Positions 60,201 through 64,000 of a DNA stretch of 64,000 nucleotides are shown piece by piece. The position numbers and the translations under genes were made by a program. Below the pieces are notes generated by a model that had not been told where the DNA came from, searched no databases, and saw only the letters and a program-made list of their open reading frames with translations. How positions within the stretch are numbered: position 1 is the first letter of the stretch; the number at the start of each line of letters is the position of its first letter. Source of the DNA: Lepidodermella squamata (taxonomy: Eukaryota; Animalia; Gastrotricha); assembly GCA_047495785.1 (NCBI GenBank), contig JBLDXI010000029.1, positions 2,976,001-3,040,000 on the forward strand. Reading direction: 5' to 3'.

Positions 60201-63200
60201 AAGAAGCTGGTCTAGAAATTTTAGCCAGTCATTTGTACAGGAAAGAAGCTGCGTCTCACAACACCTACGCGATAAGAAGCCGAATTGATTTTCTGGTAAC
60301 AGGTTATTCTTGTATAGATAATTCAACAGGTTGTCTTTCACGAGGGTTTCTTGGATTTTACATAGAATGCAAGTCAGACTAACAGGCCTATAATTCCCCG
60401 CAGATGAGACATCACCGCTCTTTTTATAGATAGGTGCCACATTAGCATACTTCCACACAATAGGAATTTCACCAGTTTGAAACGAAATTTGAAAAAGCAG
60501 ACATAGCGGAGTGCAAAGTGATCGAGCTAATTTTTTAATCCGAACTGGTAGGTTGTCTACGCCTCCCACAGGCTTTTCCTTGATTCCACATGCATAATTA
60601 TATACCGATTCAGCATTAAAGTCGATAGTTTGCAAGCAGTCATTGACAGTCTTAAAGTTAGATGGAGATGAGAACGATTTGTTGTTGTAGGCTTCAGCGA
60701 ATTGTTTTCTAAAAACTTCAGCCTTCCCTGAGTCATCCACAATGCTAATATCGTTAGAGACAAGAGCTGGTATTGCCGGACGAGATTTGAAACGTAGAGA
60801 GAAGTAGTTATACAGATCATCAATGTTATTTGCAGAAAGCAGTTTATCCTCGTATTCGCGTCTGGCTTTACGATTTTCACAATCATACAATAAGCAGGCT
60901 TTTTTTATAACGAAGATGGTCGGAGGATAATTTACCACCTGCGACCCATTGGCGATAGAGGCGACTTTTCTTGTTGGAAAGTCGCTGAATGTACGCGCTC
61001 ACCCAAGGCATCCTCCCTTTCTTACGTTTGCGAGTCTTCCGGCGCGGTACGAACAACAAAATACCACGATAGAGGGTGTGCAGAAACCGAGAGTAACACA
61101 TATCCATGGTGCAATTTGAAAACATTTCAGCCCAGTTTATCGACTCCACATAGTTTCCAAATTTGACGTAGTCGCATTTTCGAAAATTAAAAGCGCTTAA
61201 GACATGCGAGTTAGTGCTCGATGAACGAAATTTCACATTAATCCTGAATCTAACAATGCTATGATCACATGTGATTGCGAGCGGTTCATCGACGACAACA
61301 CAAGGTATGATATTAGGAATATTAGATATGACCAAATCTAGAATATTATCACCACGCGTTGGTTTATCAACATATTGAGTCAGATTGTTTTTTAGAAAAA
61401 ACTCGGTGAAACAAGAGTATAATAAATTGTTCGGATTTGTAAAGGTCACCCAGTTGAAGTCAGGTAAATTAAAATCACCCACCATCACACACGGCTCAGT
61501 AGTATCGACTTGCTTTTGCAAATAATTCACAAGATCTCGAATGGATTCTATAGGCGAGTTGGGCGAACGATAAACAATAACTACCCTTAAAGAAATTCCA
61601 TTAACCTTAAAGAACCCTTAAAGAAAATGAGTTAGAAAATGGCCCACTACGCAAAAAGGTTGAGAAGCACTGCTATGATCAACCAAAACAAATCCTCTAT
61701 ACCTATACTCAATGGGTTTCTAAAATCGAGTTCTAAGTTCCAAGTCTTGGCCAGAGACAGTTGAAATAACATGCCATACCTGCAACCTCGGTTTAACTTT
61801 ACAACGAAGGCCTCTGTGATCTGTGATAACTGATTCAATTAAACGATTTGTTAAGCTTACAGGGCTGTGATCAGCAGAGTAATACATTTGTTTTTGTTAA
61901 ACAACGCTAATATAAACGCTATGTAATATAAATCGCTCGCGCTATGTACTGCAAAAAATACTGCCGTTTTTTTATGCTGTTCATCTAGCTCTAATATTGT
62001 TAAACTGTCACGTTATTCCCGTCATTTGGGCCATTTCCTTCATTCGATCTGCCCTTCCGGTCTGCATAACCGATGGCATCGGGACAATGCTCAAATTCTT
62101 TATTAACACTAGGAAGCTAGTTCCAACAATTTCTGACGAGAAAACATCGTCATTCAAGTCGCATTTTTTGTGCCACAAGCTACCTCTACCAGCAGCTGAT
62201 GCCTTCCTATTGTGACTGAAATCACAAGCCAGTCTCCCAGGTTCCCCAGGTTGACAAATTTACCTTCTCGCGTCTTTTCTGGCAAAATATTCTAGTGCCC
62301 CGCTGATAGCTTTCAAGTCATCGGACAATTGTGTGCACTATTTTGTGTGGCACTACCTGTGATTTAAACCACAACTAGACTAACCCGTTAATTTATTTAG
62401 AATTCATTCGATCATGATCCAATCACGACTCTGTTTCGGTCTTCACGCGGCTTGGAAGATATCTCGACCAAGTCGATATGAACGCGATACTAAATCCCTT
62501 TGGCTGTGATAGGTTGACCTCTGGGAAAGCTTTGGGATCGGTCGCTATGCTTCGCTGAACGGAAGCAATTGGGCATTTCGAATTGAGAAAATTATGAAAT
62601 TATGAACATCAGGCTTGAAATAAAAGCTTAGTCGGGCGAGGCGTGTGTCTTGGCGCGTACCGTAAATTCCGAAATACAAGCCCAGGCGGCGCTCTTTGTC
62701 GGCACTTTGATGTTCTTTGTAGTGTCGCCTGGGCTTGTATTTGAATATTTACGGTATCTGTCTTCGATCTAGCGGGATTGCTCATTACGCTAGATTTTTA
62801 ACATGGGGCAAAAAATCTGGGTTTAGGAGCAAATTGGTCTAAAAATGGTCTAAAATCTAGGTTTTAATCCAATATACAATTTGCTCTTTGTACGTCATAT
62901 CTTTATCTTATCGGAAAAAACACTACTTACTGAGGGTGCAGGACAGGGACTGGCTATTGGCTGGCAAGATTTCGATGGATCCGAGCACAGGTTAGTGGTT
63001 GGTACGCATATTTGACTGCTTGGGCAAGTAAGAGGGGCTATTGGCTGGCAAGATTTCGATGGATCTGTGCACAGGTTATTTGCTGGCACGCACACCTGAC
63101 TGCTTGGGCAACCATTATATGAAGGCGGACTGGTAAATGGTACGAAGCTTGATGGAGGCGATGGCGAAGTGCAAGCTTGGCTAGTTGTCAATAAAATTGA

Positions 63201-63221
63201 TAAAATTGCAGTTATCAGCAT
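57277..63221 (-). CDS. Cys-rich family copy G' (duplicate of G)
   Basis: Same exons as G shifted by 8279 bp. Confidence 0.65.
58219..61672 (+). mobile_element. Duplicate of the hAT element containing the nested LINE
   Basis: Same TIRs and CTATGATC TSD as 49940-53393. Confidence 0.92.
58990..61622 (-). mobile_element. Duplicate of the CR1-like LINE
   Basis: ORFs identical to those at 50777-53251. Confidence 0.92.
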
Positions 63222-63740
63222 TAGATGATTCCAATTGCAAGGCAACATATTCGTTGAGACTATATAAGAGTAGTGGATACTGCAGTGAGTGTAAATAGAT
63301 GCGCTTTGCTGTTTTTGTTTAAACTGCCACAAGCGTCTTCAAAACATGCTAAGCTTCTCACGTTAACTAGCCAACGATGAAGCAGTATAAGTGCTTGTTT
63401 GAAACCGGATGTTATCCATCAAGTCAGGGCCGGATTAACGCATGGGCACAGCGGCATTTTACTAATAATTTCAGAACGATTATTGGGCCTTCCTTCGGTC
63501 GCATAATTATGTTGAAATGTAACTACGAGGTAGTGTTTTGTTTGCAAGAACTTTCGAGGAACAAGTTTTATATGGTTTTTTTTACCTGGTCGTATTTATT
63601 CGGCATCAATTTGCGCTACGGATTTAATTAGAAACTTGGAATATCTGTGATTGAATATTAAATTTTCTGAGGTTGTTCTTTTACGTTAAAATTGTTGGTG
63701 ATCATCTGTGCTATTCAGCGACGCATTACTTACTGATTAT

Positions 63741-64000
63741 ATGGCTGAAAACGGCAGACCGCCCTCCGGTCGCCGCCGGGGGCGTTCAGCAGAAGTCAAA
63801 ACCGGACCCACCGTCGTCTGCCACTGACGGCGCGAAGCTGCCGAAGAAACTCAATGTGAAGCAGGGCCTCTCGGCCGCTGCCATCGCCGAGGTCCAAGCA
63901 CTCATCCTACAGCACCGCAGTGCCGATGCCTCCCCCTCGTCCTCCGTCGACCGCATGGATGCCGACGCCGATTTTCCTGTGCTCCGGGCGTCGTCGTCCT
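63741..64000 (+). other. GC-rich coding-like segment, possibly the start of a LINE ORF1/gag-like ORF; runs off the window
   Basis: Abrupt GC rise; open frame DGAKLPKKLNVKQGLSAAAIAEVQALILQHR...DADFPVLRASSS; the upstream ATG at 63741 is in another frame. Confidence 0.3.

Larger units (their letters stand above)
47087..63646 (+). repeat. Head-to-tail tandem duplication, unit 8,279 bp (47087-55367 / 55366-63646)
   Basis: All ORFs recur at +8279; 2-bp CT microhomology at the junction; one difference noticed by eye (A48452 vs G56731). Confidence 0.97.

Overview
Invertebrate-type animal genomic DNA with short GT-AG introns; the species cannot be identified from the sequence. 1-14 kb is a compact cluster of four spliced genes, all with predicted signal peptides. 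(i) A precursor of at least 15 identical RR-flanked EAGYEEAQ units, missed by the ORF track and running off the left edge. (ii) An S1 serine protease fused to ankyrin repeats. (iii) A type-I membrane protein with a cytoplasmic PPSY motif. (iv) A ~1664-aa protein with 13 sushi/CCP domains and two ankyrin blocks. 15-64 kb is a minus-strand tandem array of about 11 copies of an unrecognised 4-exon, all-phase-0, secreted Cys-rich protein family: 4 clearly intact, 2 probably intact and 5 pseudogenes. The array shows birth-and-death turnover and a replacement-rich exon 4. It is interspersed with LINEs (one with a 2A-like motif), hAT and other MITEs, a Helentron-like insertion, duplicated 3' pieces of the CCP-ANK gene, and a near-identical 8,279-bp tandem duplication. 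All gene models were spliced by hand and no database search was possible, so every novelty claim needs checking.
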